NCBI GenBank assembly: GCA_944387775.1
Contig: CALXGE010000001.1
Coordinates: 1 to 62,453 of the forward strand
DNA from: an uncultured Oscillospiraceae bacterium
Lineage (GTDB): Bacteria; Bacillota; Clostridia; Oscillospirales; Oscillospiraceae
Reading direction: 5' to 3'
DNA: 62,453 nucleotides
Part shown: one piece after another, positions 9,521-19,404 of the stretch
Layout: each line of letters starts with the position of its first letter
Position numbering within the stretch: position 1 is the stretch's first letter
Notes under the pieces: model-generated
Told to the model about the DNA's origin: nothing
Database searches by the model: none
The model's input: the letters and a program-made list of their open reading frames with translations, nothing else
Program-made: the position numbers and the translations under genes

Positions 9521-10213
9521 TTATTGAGGTTCTTCGCCGCAGTACTGCCGCAGGATGGTACGGACAAAGAAGTTAGCCAGCAGGCAGGGAAGAGAGAAAC
9601 CGATGAGCAGCAGATAGATAAAGCTCAGTGGGAAGGCCAGAACTGCTGCGATCACCAGTCCATATCCGAAGAGAATAGCCAAAAGGGCCCGGAGGGGCCG
9701 CCCGATTCCCAAGGTCAGCGCTAGACGGAGGGCTGCCGGCAGAGCCATCCCGGTTGAAAGGATGCCGTAGAGATAGGTGGAGGCCAACAGCGTCACCAGA
9801 AAGATGGTGGAGCAGAACATGAAGGGGAGGAACAACACCGGTCGTTCCCCTGCATAGCGCAGATAGAAAGCAGCACCGTAACCTGAGAGAAACAGCGGTA
9901 CCGCTACCAGGAAAAAGGCAGCGTAAGCCCGGCCTGGCCGCTGTCGAATGGCATCCCGGAAGTGGGTAAGGCCTCGTACCGGCTGATCCTGGACCATGGC
10001 ACGAATTACCTGGTTCATGGCCTGAAGGGCCAAAGGAATTGTAACTATGGGGAGACAGCAGAGGAGAAAAAGCAGATTTACCTTGATGAGATTCCCACAC
10101 TCTGCCTGCAGGATCTCAAACAGTCTTCCCGGCCCTGTCTTTTCTGACGGCATCTCATCAGTTTCTGGTGCCGGTTCCTCAAAATCTCTGCGGAAAAACA
10201 CAATTTCCTCCAT
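9521..10213 (-). CDS. YesL-family (DUF624) membrane protein
   Basis: 230 aa and multi-pass. The N-terminal ...LFEILQAECGNLIKVNLLFLLCCLPIVTIP... is typical of DUF624 proteins found next to sugar ABC systems. Confidence 0.65.
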   Translation of the reverse strand: MEEIVFFRRDFEEPAPETDEMPSEKTGPGRLFEILQAECGNLIKVNLLFLLCCLPIVTIPLALQAMNQVIRAMVQDQPVRGLTHFRDAIRQRPGRAYAAFFLVAVPLFLSGYGAAFYLRYAGERPVLFLPFMFCSTIFLVTLLASTYLYGILSTGMALPAALRLALTLGIGRPLRALLAILFGYGLVIAAVLAFPLSFIYLLLIGFSLPCLLANFFVRTILRQYCGEEPQ

Positions 10214-10650
10214 TCCCGACCCACCACAAGGTATAGGCCGTGGGTGTTATGGTCAGTCTACCATGCGGCGGGGAGGGATGCAATAGGCAAGGGGGGTACT
10301 AGCTGTCTCATAGCGGCAGAGTAGGGGGCCTGATTGCACATAAGGACATATGTTTAGAAATAGTAAAACTTATAAAGTCAGTATGACTGGAAAGTAATAC
10401 CAGTAAAAGCTGCATTCCTTTTGCTGAATTGCACAATGAAATGATGCACTATCTGGTAAGATTCAACGAAAATACTAAAAATATACCCGGATGCTATTTA
10501 ATATGCATAAATGGCGCTCTGTGTAGCATTGTGGCATATTTCAACTGTGCCAGTCCATTTACAAATTCCACGGGCAAGGATACTATTTTTATATCAAGAT
10601 CCTGCTTTTTCGGGAAAATGAGCGGGAAAATGCAGCAGAGGAGTGGAGTT

Positions 10651-11931
10651 ATGAGAAGGAAACCCTGTATCCTGGCGGCAGTCCTGGCATTTGCGCTGCT
10701 GCTGTCTCTGTGTGGGTGTGGCGCTTCGGACGGTAAGACCCACCTCACGTTCCAGATCTGGGACGTGGCCCAGCGGGACGGCATGCAGGCTATGTGTGAT
10801 GCCTATACTGCCAAGAATCCGGATGTGGTCATTGAGGTGCAGGTGACCAGCTGGAGCGAGTACTGGACCAAGCTGGAGGCCGCCGCCGAAAGCAACACTA
10901 TGCCTGACCTGTTCTGGATGCACACCGACCAGATTCTGTACTATTCCGAGTTTGGCATGCTGGCCGATGTCACCGACCTTTTCCCCTATGAGGAGCACTA
11001 CAGCGAGATCTCCATCAGCAATGCCACCGGCTCCGACGGGCGGATGTACGGTGTGCCCAAGGACAAGGACAACATCTGCCTGGTATATAACAAGGAGATG
11101 TTTGACGCCGCCGGTGTGGCCTATCCCGACGAGACCTGGACCTGGGATGACCTGGAGGCTGCCTCCCAGGCCATCTACGATGCTACCGGCAACTACGGCT
11201 ACATGGCCTACAACGACGAGCAGCTGGGCTACCACAACTTCGTCTACCAGAATGGTGGCTGTATCCTCACCGAGGACAAGACCAAGGGCGGCTTTGATCA
11301 GGAAGCTACCCGTGAGGCTGTGAAGTACTACGTGGGGCTTCAGGACAACGACTGGTGCCCCGACCAGGCCTACTTTGCCGAGACCAGCCCCGGTACCGGC
11401 TTCTTCTCCGGGAAGGGTGCCATGTTCCTGGAGGGCAGCTGGAACCTCCTTTCTGAGATGAATAACTACCCCGATATGGTAGGCAAGTGGGACATTGCCG
11501 TACTGCCTGCCGCCCCCAATCCGGTCAGCGGCGACGGTCGGGCCACCATTTCCAACGGCCTGACCTATGCTACCGGCGCTCATGGAAAGAACCTGGAGAT
11601 TGCGCTGGATGTGCTCGAGTTCTTTGCCGGTGAGGAGGCCCAGCGGATTCAGGGTGAATCCGGCGCTGCTATCCCCGCCTACGAGGGCCTGGAGGAGACC
11701 TGGATCAGCGCTTTCAGCAAGTTCGACTATCAGCTGGACCTGGAGGCTATCATGAGCCAGTTCGACTACTGTGTGCAGTACGTCAACAACTCTGCCCGCC
11801 CCAAGTGGAAGAGCGGCGTGGTGGACATTATGACCAGCATCTACAACGGTACGGTGGATATTGATACCGGACTGGATCAGATCCAGGAACTCATCAACAC
11901 TGAGACCGCCAAGAAGTTGGCCGATTCTTGA
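10651..11931 (+). CDS. Sugar ABC transporter substrate-binding lipoprotein
   Basis: It has a lipoprotein signal MRRKPCILAAVLAFALLLSLCGCG and the features of the family-1 extracellular solute-binding fold. The upstream 74 codons in the ORF track lack an RBS and any signal peptide. Confidence 0.85.
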   Translation: MRRKPCILAAVLAFALLLSLCGCGASDGKTHLTFQIWDVAQRDGMQAMCDAYTAKNPDVVIEVQVTSWSEYWTKLEAAAESNTMPDLFWMHTDQILYYSEFGMLADVTDLFPYEEHYSEISISNATGSDGRMYGVPKDKDNICLVYNKEMFDAAGVAYPDETWTWDDLEAASQAIYDATGNYGYMAYNDEQLGYHNFVYQNGGCILTEDKTKGGFDQEATREAVKYYVGLQDNDWCPDQAYFAETSPGTGFFSGKGAMFLEGSWNLLSEMNNYPDMVGKWDIAVLPAAPNPVSGDGRATISNGLTYATGAHGKNLEIALDVLEFFAGEEAQRIQGESGAAIPAYEGLEETWISAFSKFDYQLDLEAIMSQFDYCVQYVNNSARPKWKSGVVDIMTSIYNGTVDIDTGLDQIQELINTETAKKLADS

Positions 11932-11946
11932 GTGGAGGGGTAAGAC

Positions 11947-12843
11947 ATGAAAAATAAGGTAGCAAGGCTTTCCGCCGCCGCTAGGCGGGAGCAGAACTGG
12001 GGCTGGTTCATGGTGGCGCCCACCATCATCGGTCTGCTGATTCTCAATGTGTGGCCCTTTATCCAGACGCTGTACGCCAGCTTCTGCGAGCACCTGGGTT
12101 TTGGCCACTATAAATTCATCGGTTTTGAAAATTACATCAACATGTTTCAGGATGCTGATTTCTGGAGAGCTACCTGGAATACCATCTACTTCTGCATTCT
12201 GACAGTGCCTATCGGCCTCTTTTTGTCCCTGCTGGTGGCCATCCTCCTCAATGCCAAGATCAAGGGTAAGAGCTTCTTCCGCTCTGTGTTCTTCCTGCCC
12301 ATGATCTGCGCCCCTGCCGCAGTGACCATGGTCTGGCGGTGGATTTTCAACAGTGAGTATGGCATTCTCAACCAGATCCTTGGCACCCACATCAACTGGA
12401 TCACCGACTCCAAGGTGGTTATGATCGCCTGCGCCATAGTGGCCATTTGGAGCGCCATCGGCTACGACGCGGTGCTGCTGCTGGCCGGTTTGCAGAATAT
12501 CTCCAAGTCCTACTACGAGGCTGCCTCCATCGACGGTGCCAGCAAGGTGACCCAGTTCTTCCGCATCACGCTGCCCATGGTGTCTCCCACGCTGTTCGTG
12601 GTGCTCATCATGCGTCTGATGGCCTCCATGAAGGTCTATGACCTCATCTACATGATGGTGGAGGACACCAACCCCGCCCTTACCAGCGTGCAGAGCCTCA
12701 TGTACCTCTTCTACCGAGAGTCCTTCGTGGCGGGCAGCCGCGGCTACGGCTCCGCCATCGTCATCTGGACCGTGCTGCTGATCGGTATTGTGACCATCAT
12801 CCAGTTTGTGGGCCAGAAGAAGTGGGTCAACTACGAGATTTAA
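11947..12843 (+). CDS. Carbohydrate ABC transporter permease (MalF-like)
   Basis: 298 aa with 6 TM segments and an EAASIDGAS...ITLP EAA-loop motif. Confidence 0.9.
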   Translation: MKNKVARLSAAARREQNWGWFMVAPTIIGLLILNVWPFIQTLYASFCEHLGFGHYKFIGFENYINMFQDADFWRATWNTIYFCILTVPIGLFLSLLVAILLNAKIKGKSFFRSVFFLPMICAPAAVTMVWRWIFNSEYGILNQILGTHINWITDSKVVMIACAIVAIWSAIGYDAVLLLAGLQNISKSYYEAASIDGASKVTQFFRITLPMVSPTLFVVLIMRLMASMKVYDLIYMMVEDTNPALTSVQSLMYLFYRESFVAGSRGYGSAIVIWTVLLIGIVTIIQFVGQKKWVNYEI

Positions 12844-12855
12844 GGAGGACGTGTT

Positions 12856-13698
12856 GTGATGAGAGCCAATACCATGGGACAGTCCAAGCGGACGTCCACC
12901 TTTCTGACGTATTTCTTCCTGATCCTTGGCACTGTGGTAATGATCTTCCCCTTTGTGTGGATGATCCTGACCAGTTCCAAAACGGTGTCCGAGAGTATGC
13001 AGATCCCGCCCACGATTCTCCCCAACCAGCTGATGCTGGACAACTTTGTAGAGGCGGTCAAGAGCCTGCCCTTCCTCAACATGTACATCAATACCGGCCT
13101 CATGATCCTCTTCCGGGTTGTGTGCGCCGTGGCCTTCAGCTCTATGGCGGGCTATGCCTTCGCAAAGCTCAAGTTCAAGGGGAAGAACATCCTCTTTTCC
13201 ATTGTCCTTATCCAGATGATGCTGCCCAGCCAGATCTTCATTATTCCTCAGTATCAGATGGTAGCCAAGCTGGGTATGGCCAACACCATTTTTGCACTGG
13301 TGTTCCCTGGCATTGTCAGCGCCTTCGGTACCTTCTTCCTGCGCCAGGCGTACCTGGGTATCCCCAACGAGATCGGGGAAGCTGCCTACCTGGATGGCTG
13401 CAATCAGTGGCAGACCTTCACAAAGGTCATGTTCCCTCTGACCTCCTCCTCTGTGGCGGCTCTGTGCGTGTTCACCGCAGTGTTTGCCTACAGTGACCTG
13501 ATGTGGCCACTGGTTGTGAACTCTGACCTGAACATGATGACTCTGTCCTCGGGCCTTGCCACCCTGCGTGGTCAGTTCTCCACCAACTTCCCGGTGCTGA
13601 TGGCCGGTAGCCTTCTGGCCATGCTGCCCATGGTGGTGCTGTACCTGTTCTTCCAGCGCCAGTTCATCGAGGGTGTGGCCATGACCGGCGGCAAGTAA
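12856..13698 (+). CDS. Carbohydrate ABC transporter permease (MalG-like)
   Basis: 280 aa with an EAAYLDGCNQWQTFTKVMFPL EAA-loop motif. Confidence 0.9.
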   Translation: MMRANTMGQSKRTSTFLTYFFLILGTVVMIFPFVWMILTSSKTVSESMQIPPTILPNQLMLDNFVEAVKSLPFLNMYINTGLMILFRVVCAVAFSSMAGYAFAKLKFKGKNILFSIVLIQMMLPSQIFIIPQYQMVAKLGMANTIFALVFPGIVSAFGTFFLRQAYLGIPNEIGEAAYLDGCNQWQTFTKVMFPLTSSSVAALCVFTAVFAYSDLMWPLVVNSDLNMMTLSSGLATLRGQFSTNFPVLMAGSLLAMLPMVVLYLFFQRQFIEGVAMTGGK

Positions 13699-13864
13699 CC
13701 GTCGCTTTTCACACTGACCCAGCAACAGCCCCGGTATCGGCGCACCGCCGCCGGGGCTGTCCTTTTTCCCGGAAAAGATCGCGGTTTTTCCTACAGCTAT
13801 TGCAACCCGTGGGAAAATCCTTTACAATTGCCGCAGCTACAATTTTATTTGAGAGGATTTCTCC

Positions 13865-16042
13865 ATGATCGTTCACGATAAGTCGAAAAATATTTTTACA
13901 CTTCACACCAATGCCACCACCTACCAGATGAAGGTGGATGACTATGGGGTGCTGCTGCATACCTACTACGGAGGCCGGATCGCTGATGCGGATCTGTCCT
14001 ACTTGATTCGCTACGCCGACCGGGGCTTTTCTCCCAATCCGGGGGAGGCGGGCCATTGCCGGACCTACTCCCTGGATACCATGCCTCAGGAGTATTCCAC
14101 CTGCGGTGCGGGTGATTTCCGCCTGCCCTCCTTGGAGCTGGAGGCGGTGGACGGTAGCCGCATGGCCGACCTGCGCTATGCCGGTTATGAGATCCGGGAG
14201 GGGAAGTATGCCCTGGAGGGATTGCCGGCTTTCCATGGCGAAGGCGGAGAGACGCTTGTAATTTTCCTGGAGGATGCTGCCGCTCAGGTGACAGTGGAAT
14301 TGTACTACGGGGTGTTCGAGGCGTATGACCTCATTACCCGGGCAGCCCGGATTGTGAACCGGGGAGAAAAGACGATCAGCCTGTGTCGGGCTGCCTCCCT
14401 GTGCCTGGATATCTCCCGGGGAGATCTGGACCTGATCACCTTTGACGGCCGCCACGTGATGGAGCGCTGTCCCACCCGGGCGGCCCTGCGGCCCGGCGTA
14501 CAGAGTGTGGGCAGCGTTCGGGGCACGTCCAGCCATCAGCACAACCCCTTTGTGATCCTGTGCGAGCCAGATACTGGTGAGGACCATGGGCTCTGCTGGG
14601 GAACTATGCTCCTCTACAGCGGTAACTTTGAGGCGGCAGTGGAGCGCAGCCAGTTTGAGAACAGCCGGCTGGTCATGGGTATCCATCCCCACCACTTCCG
14701 TTTCCGCCTGGACCCGGGGGAGAGCTTCACTACCCCTGAGGCAGCCATGATCTGCTCCGTGGGCGGCTTTACGAAGATGAGCCACCAGTTCCATCGGGCT
14801 ATCCGGGAGCGTCTCATCCGGGACAATTGTCCGGGACGTAAGCCGGTGCTGGTCAACAGCTGGGAAGCTACCTATTTTGACTTTAACGCTGAGAAACTCA
14901 TGCGGCTGGCCCGGGCGGCAGCCCCGCTGGGCATCGAGCTCTTTGTGCTGGACGATGGATGGTTCGGCACCCGTAACGACGACAAAGGGGGCCTTGGCGA
15001 CTGGTGGGTGAACCGGAAGAAGCTGCCCGGCGGTCTGGGTGACCTGGCCGATCAGATCAATGGCCTTGGCATGCAGTTTGGCCTGTGGATTGAGCCGGAG
15101 ATGGTCAGCGAGGACAGCCAGCTCTACCATGAGCACCCGGACTGGGCCCTCAGCGTGCCGGGCCGATCCTATACCCGGGGCCGCAGCCAGTTGGTGCTGG
15201 ATTTCTCCAGAGAGGAGGTCCGGGACTATATCTATGATGCTCTGCGGGAGGTGCTCTCCCAGGCGAATATTACCTACCTCAAGTGGGATATGAACCGCAG
15301 CCTCACCGAGGTCTGGTCTGCGGCTCTCCCCGCCGACAGGCAGGGAGAGGTGTACCACCGCTATGTCCTGGGCGTCTATGAACTGCTGGAGCGTTTCCAT
15401 CGGGATTACCCCCACATCCTAATCGAGGGGTGCAGTGGCGGCGGCGGACGGTTCGACGGAGGTATGCTCTACTATACTCCCCAGATCTGGTGCAGCGACA
15501 ATACCGACGCGGTGGACCGCCTACGGATCCAGTACGGCACCTCTTTCTGCTATCCCCCCTGCACCATGGGGGCCCACGTCTCTGCGGTGCCCAATGAGAC
15601 CAACCGCCGCGTGACGCCTTTGGAGACCCGGGGTGTGGTGGCTATGTCCGGTGTCTTCGGCTACGAGATGGACCTGAGCCGCTCCACGGAGGAGGAGCAG
15701 AAGGTCATCGCCGGGCAGGTAGAGCGATACAAGGCCTGTTGGGACCTGGTGTCGGAGGGAGACTACTACCGCCTCAGCGATCCCTTTGCGGACGGACCCT
15801 ACACTGCCTGGGCCCATGTCTCTCAGGACAAGCGACGGGCTTTGGTGTCTGTGGTTACCGGCAGCACCCGTGCCGCTCTGCCTTTCTTTGCCCTGCGGAT
15901 AAAGGGACTGGATCCGGATTTGCGTTACCGTGTCAACGGAGGAGAGAGCTACCCCGGCGATGTGCTGATGCAGGCGGGCTATCCTCTGCCTGTATTCCAG
16001 GGGGACTACCAGTCTTTGCAGTTGTGCCTGGAAGCGGAGTAA
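13865..16042 (+). CDS. Alpha-galactosidase, GH36
   Basis: 725 aa with GH36 blocks FVLDDGWF, YLKWDMNR and EGCSGGGGRFD. Confidence 0.9.
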   Translation: MIVHDKSKNIFTLHTNATTYQMKVDDYGVLLHTYYGGRIADADLSYLIRYADRGFSPNPGEAGHCRTYSLDTMPQEYSTCGAGDFRLPSLELEAVDGSRMADLRYAGYEIREGKYALEGLPAFHGEGGETLVIFLEDAAAQVTVELYYGVFEAYDLITRAARIVNRGEKTISLCRAASLCLDISRGDLDLITFDGRHVMERCPTRAALRPGVQSVGSVRGTSSHQHNPFVILCEPDTGEDHGLCWGTMLLYSGNFEAAVERSQFENSRLVMGIHPHHFRFRLDPGESFTTPEAAMICSVGGFTKMSHQFHRAIRERLIRDNCPGRKPVLVNSWEATYFDFNAEKLMRLARAAAPLGIELFVLDDGWFGTRNDDKGGLGDWWVNRKKLPGGLGDLADQINGLGMQFGLWIEPEMVSEDSQLYHEHPDWALSVPGRSYTRGRSQLVLDFSREEVRDYIYDALREVLSQANITYLKWDMNRSLTEVWSAALPADRQGEVYHRYVLGVYELLERFHRDYPHILIEGCSGGGGRFDGGMLYYTPQIWCSDNTDAVDRLRIQYGTSFCYPPCTMGAHVSAVPNETNRRVTPLETRGVVAMSGVFGYEMDLSRSTEEEQKVIAGQVERYKACWDLVSEGDYYRLSDPFADGPYTAWAHVSQDKRRALVSVVTGSTRAALPFFALRIKGLDPDLRYRVNGGESYPGDVLMQAGYPLPVFQGDYQSLQLCLEAE

Positions 16043-16050
16043 AGAGCGGA

Positions 16051-16085
16051 AAAAGGCTGACTGCTGGTGTAGCAGTCAGCCTTTT
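16051..16085. terminator. Terminator hairpin overlapping the AraC stop codon
   Basis: AAAAGGCTGACTGCT-GGTGT-AGCAGTCAGCCTTTT. Confidence 0.6.
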
Positions 16086-16933
16086 GCATGGATTTGATTT
16101 TCCGTACGCCACTCACGGGGAGAGACACCGTATCGCTTTTTAAAGGCCCGGGAGAAGTGGAGCTGATTGGGGTAGCCGCACTGCTGGGCGATGTCTCCGA
16201 TGGAGGCGCGGCTGGTCTTCATAAGCTCTGTGGCTTTTGACAGCCGCATCCGGATCAGGAACTCCTGAGGCGGACAGCCCATGCTCTCCTTGAAAAGCTT
16301 ACTGAAGTAGCTGCGGTTGAGCTTGCATACGTCGGCCAGCTCCTCCACCGTGAGATCCCGCTGAAAATTCTGCTCCATGTAGGTGATGGCCTCCTGGATG
16401 TAGAAGTCCCGCAGCTGGCCGCCGGAGGCAGTGCGCCGGGTGGAGGAGGATTGGATGAGGGCATCCAGGAACAGAAAGAGATGTCCGATGAGATGGAGGG
16501 TGGATGCCTTGGAGTGGTCTGCTATATAGAGCATGATATCCCGCATGGCTTGCCCCTGGGCAGGAGTCTGGGGGATATAGATGGGATGAGCAGCGTCCAG
16601 CCCGGCGTAGGTCAGGTACTCTGTGACCCGCAGGCCGTCGAACTCCAGCCACACGTATTTCCAGGGGCGGTCCTTATCCGCACAGTAGGTGTTCACCTGC
16701 CCCGGACAGATCAGAAAGGCCTGATCCGCCTCCAGGTCATAGCGGTGGGTCACCCCGTCCGGCGCGGTGGAGTCCAGAAAGCCCTGGCCGGAAATCACAT
16801 AGTGGATCAGGAAGTGATTACGGACAAAAGGGCCGAAGGAGTGGAGAGGGGCACACTGCTCCCAACCATACTGATACAGCCGCAGATCCAGAAAATTCTC
16901 ATTGGGGAAAATCGAGAAGGAGAGATCTTCCAT
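16076..16933 (-). CDS. AraC-family transcriptional regulator (cupin plus HTH)
   Basis: 285 aa with a C-terminal AraC HTH (...IGDIAQQCGYPNQLHFSRAFKKRYGVSPREWR). It is divergent from the GH13 gene. Confidence 0.85.
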   Translation of the reverse strand: MEDLSFSIFPNENFLDLRLYQYGWEQCAPLHSFGPFVRNHFLIHYVISGQGFLDSTAPDGVTHRYDLEADQAFLICPGQVNTYCADKDRPWKYVWLEFDGLRVTEYLTYAGLDAAHPIYIPQTPAQGQAMRDIMLYIADHSKASTLHLIGHLFLFLDALIQSSSTRRTASGGQLRDFYIQEAITYMEQNFQRDLTVEELADVCKLNRSYFSKLFKESMGCPPQEFLIRMRLSKATELMKTSRASIGDIAQQCGYPNQLHFSRAFKKRYGVSPREWRTENQIHAKG

Positions 16934-17137
16934 AGGTCCACCTCCGATCTGTTATAGGCATGACGTTTTTTGTTATTATATCACAGGGATTCATGGAATC
17001 CAACTAAAAATATTAGGATACTTTACATATGGAGTGCGCACCTTCAAAGGACAATGGCATGGCAGTATGCTGCTGAGGGGAAGGAAGCCTTTCCGGGGCA
17101 TGCGGAAGCTTTGATACGTAATGGGAGGATAAAGAAG

Positions 17138-18970
17138 ATGATCAGTGGTTTTGCGCGCCGCCTGCAGGAGCGGCGGGACGAGCTGGAATGGCTCTATATG
17201 GAGCTCTACGACCGGCGGGACATGCTGGATACCCTGCTGGAGCGGATGGGGGAGGCTTACCGTCAGCGTGAGCAGAGCCTGCGGCGGCTGGATGCCAAGC
17301 GGGAGCAGGACCCCAACTGGTTCCGTTCCGGAAAGATGCTGGGCATGACCATGTATACCGACCTCTTTGCCGGGAACCTGCCGGGGCTGGAGAAGAAGCT
17401 GGACTATCTCACAGAGCAGGGGATTACCTATCTCCACCTGATGCCGCTTCTAAAGATGCCCCACCCGGACAACGACGGCGGCTACGCTGTGGAGGACTTC
17501 GATCAGGTGGACCCGACGCTGGGTACCAATGAGGACCTCAGCCGTCTCACCGCCGCCATGCGCCGCCGGGGCATGAGCCTGTGCCTGGACTTTGTTATCA
17601 ACCACACGGCGGATACCCACCCCTGGGCCATGAGGGCCAAGGCGGGGGAGCAGGAATATATCGACCGGTATATCTGCTTTGATACCCCGGACATCCCCAG
17701 GGAGATGGAGAAGACCATCCCCGACGTGTTTCCGGAGACCGCCCCGGGCAGCTTTATCTACCAGGAGGATATGAAAAAGTATGTCTGCTCCTCCTTCCAC
17801 CCCTATCAGTGGGACCTCAATTACCGGAACCCGGCGGTATTTAACGACATGGTCTGCAGCATGCTCCACCTGGCCAATCTAGGCGTGGAGATCCTGCGCA
17901 TCGACGCGGTGCCCTATCTCTGGAAGGAGATGGGTACCAGCTGCCGGAACCTTCCCAAGGTCCATACCATCATGCGGATGATCCGCCTCATCATCGAGAC
18001 GGTGTGCCCCGCCGTTATTCTGAAGGGGGAGGTGGTGATGGCCCCCAAGGAACTGGCTCCCTACTTCGGTACCCAGGAGAAACCGGAGTGCCACCTTCTC
18101 TACAATGCCTCCACCATGGCCACCCAGTGGAGTGCCCTGGCCAGCGCCGACGTCCGCCAGCTGAAACGCCAGCTGGACGACCTCCACAGCCTGCCGGCCA
18201 ACTGCTGCTTTGTCAACTACCTCCGCTGCCATGACGACATCGGCTGGGGGCTTAACGAGGAGTTTGGCAGAACCATTGGCATAGACCCGGTGGCCCACAA
18301 GAAGTACCTCTACGAGTTCTTTGAGGGCAGTTTCCCCGGCAGCTACGCTCGGGGGGAGCGTTACAACTACAACCCTGCCACCCAGGACGCCCGGACCTGC
18401 GGCACCACCGCCAGCCTCTGCGGCATCGAGAAGGGACTCTGTGAGGGAGATGAGAGCCAGGTGGCGCTGGGCATCCAGCGTGACCTCATGATGCATGCCG
18501 CCATGATGACCATGGCCGGGTTTCCCATGCTCTCCAGCGGAGATGAGATCGGTCAGCTCAACGGCTATGACTACCACGACGATCCGGACCGCCGGGAGGA
18601 CAGCCGCAATCTCCACCGCACCCGCTTCAACTGGGATAATGCCGCGAGGCGCAAGGAGCCCGGAACCGTACAGCAGCGGATCTGGGACGGCCTGCGGCAG
18701 CTGGAGAACATTCGCTGTGGGGAGCCCTGCTTTGGCCCTGAGGCCTGGGTCACCACCTGGGATACCGCCAACCGCCAGGTCCTGGCGCTGGTCCGCCGAA
18801 CGGAAGGGGAGACCCTGGTGGGGTTGTTCAATTTCTCCGGGGACATCCAGACCATCCATATGGATGCCCTGGAAGGGAATTTTACCGATCTCATTACCGG
18901 GGAGACGGGCCTCTGCACCCATCGGCAGCTGGGTCCCTACCAGTACTGCCTGTGCCGTCAGTCTCGGTAA
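17138..18970 (+). CDS. Amylosucrase-like GH13 alpha-amylase-family enzyme
   Basis: It has an N-terminal helical domain followed by YLHLMPLLKMP..DNDGGYAVEDF, DFVINHT and LRIDAVPYLWKEMGTSCRN, which is the GH13_4-like pattern. The start is placed at MISGF, after gggaggataaagaag. Confidence 0.7.
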   Translation: MISGFARRLQERRDELEWLYMELYDRRDMLDTLLERMGEAYRQREQSLRRLDAKREQDPNWFRSGKMLGMTMYTDLFAGNLPGLEKKLDYLTEQGITYLHLMPLLKMPHPDNDGGYAVEDFDQVDPTLGTNEDLSRLTAAMRRRGMSLCLDFVINHTADTHPWAMRAKAGEQEYIDRYICFDTPDIPREMEKTIPDVFPETAPGSFIYQEDMKKYVCSSFHPYQWDLNYRNPAVFNDMVCSMLHLANLGVEILRIDAVPYLWKEMGTSCRNLPKVHTIMRMIRLIIETVCPAVILKGEVVMAPKELAPYFGTQEKPECHLLYNASTMATQWSALASADVRQLKRQLDDLHSLPANCCFVNYLRCHDDIGWGLNEEFGRTIGIDPVAHKKYLYEFFEGSFPGSYARGERYNYNPATQDARTCGTTASLCGIEKGLCEGDESQVALGIQRDLMMHAAMMTMAGFPMLSSGDEIGQLNGYDYHDDPDRREDSRNLHRTRFNWDNAARRKEPGTVQQRIWDGLRQLENIRCGEPCFGPEAWVTTWDTANRQVLALVRRTEGETLVGLFNFSGDIQTIHMDALEGNFTDLITGETGLCTHRQLGPYQYCLCRQSR

Positions 18971-19004
18971 GGAAGAAAAACCCCGTTATCCGTCAAATAA
19001 TGGA

Positions 19005-19033
19005 TTGACAAGGGAAGCAGAACTGGCTACAAT
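19005..19033 (+). promoter_or_regulatory. Sigma-70-type promoter for the riboswitch leader
   Basis: TTGACA, a 17-nt spacer, then TACAAT. Confidence 0.5.
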
Positions 19034-19039
19034 GCAAAT

Positions 19040-19262
19040 GGAAAATTCCATACGCTTCAAGTGCCTCTCCGGGATGTGTGATCGGAGAGGAGAATAGGGA
19101 ACCGGGTGAGAATCCCGGACGGTACCGCCGCTGTAAGCGCAGAGATCAGCTTCGTTGACGAAAGTCAGTCACTGGGAAACTGGGAAGGCAGAAGCTGCTC
19201 GGCGATGGCCTGAGAGGGCTGTCATACGCGCAAGTCAGAAGACCTGCTTGGGGATGCCCTCT
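19040..19262 (+). promoter_or_regulatory. Cobalamin (B12) riboswitch aptamer
   Basis: It has the conserved core AATAGGGAACCGGGTGAGAATCCCGG, the ...GTCACTGGG... element and a B12-box-like AGTCAGAAGACCTGC at about 19233-19247. Confidence 0.8.
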
Positions 19263-19304
19263 TCCACGTGCTATGGAAGATGGGGGCTTTGTCGCGGGAA
19301 TACC

Positions 19305-19340
19305 GGCCGCGGCAGCTTATGCTGCCACGGCCGCTTTTTT
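19305..19340 (+). terminator. Riboswitch expression-platform terminator
   Basis: GGCCGCGGCAGC-TTAT-GCTGCCACGGCC (one mismatch) followed by GCTTTTTT. It lies just upstream of the first ORF. Confidence 0.6.
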
Positions 19341-19404
19341 GTCTCCTGCAGTCTCAGGGAGCGATGGGGTTTCACAAAATCTATTTTCAGGAGGATCCCA
19401 TGAG

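Noticed and set aside
10429-10650. Long N-terminal extensions in the ORF track for the sugar-binding protein, for the GH13 enzyme (16970..17137) and for the B12-operon binding protein (19273..19404).
   Set aside because: The extensions lack RBS support and would bury the lipoprotein signal peptides. In the last case the extension overlaps the riboswitch terminator. The internal ATGs have good Shine-Dalgarno sequences.
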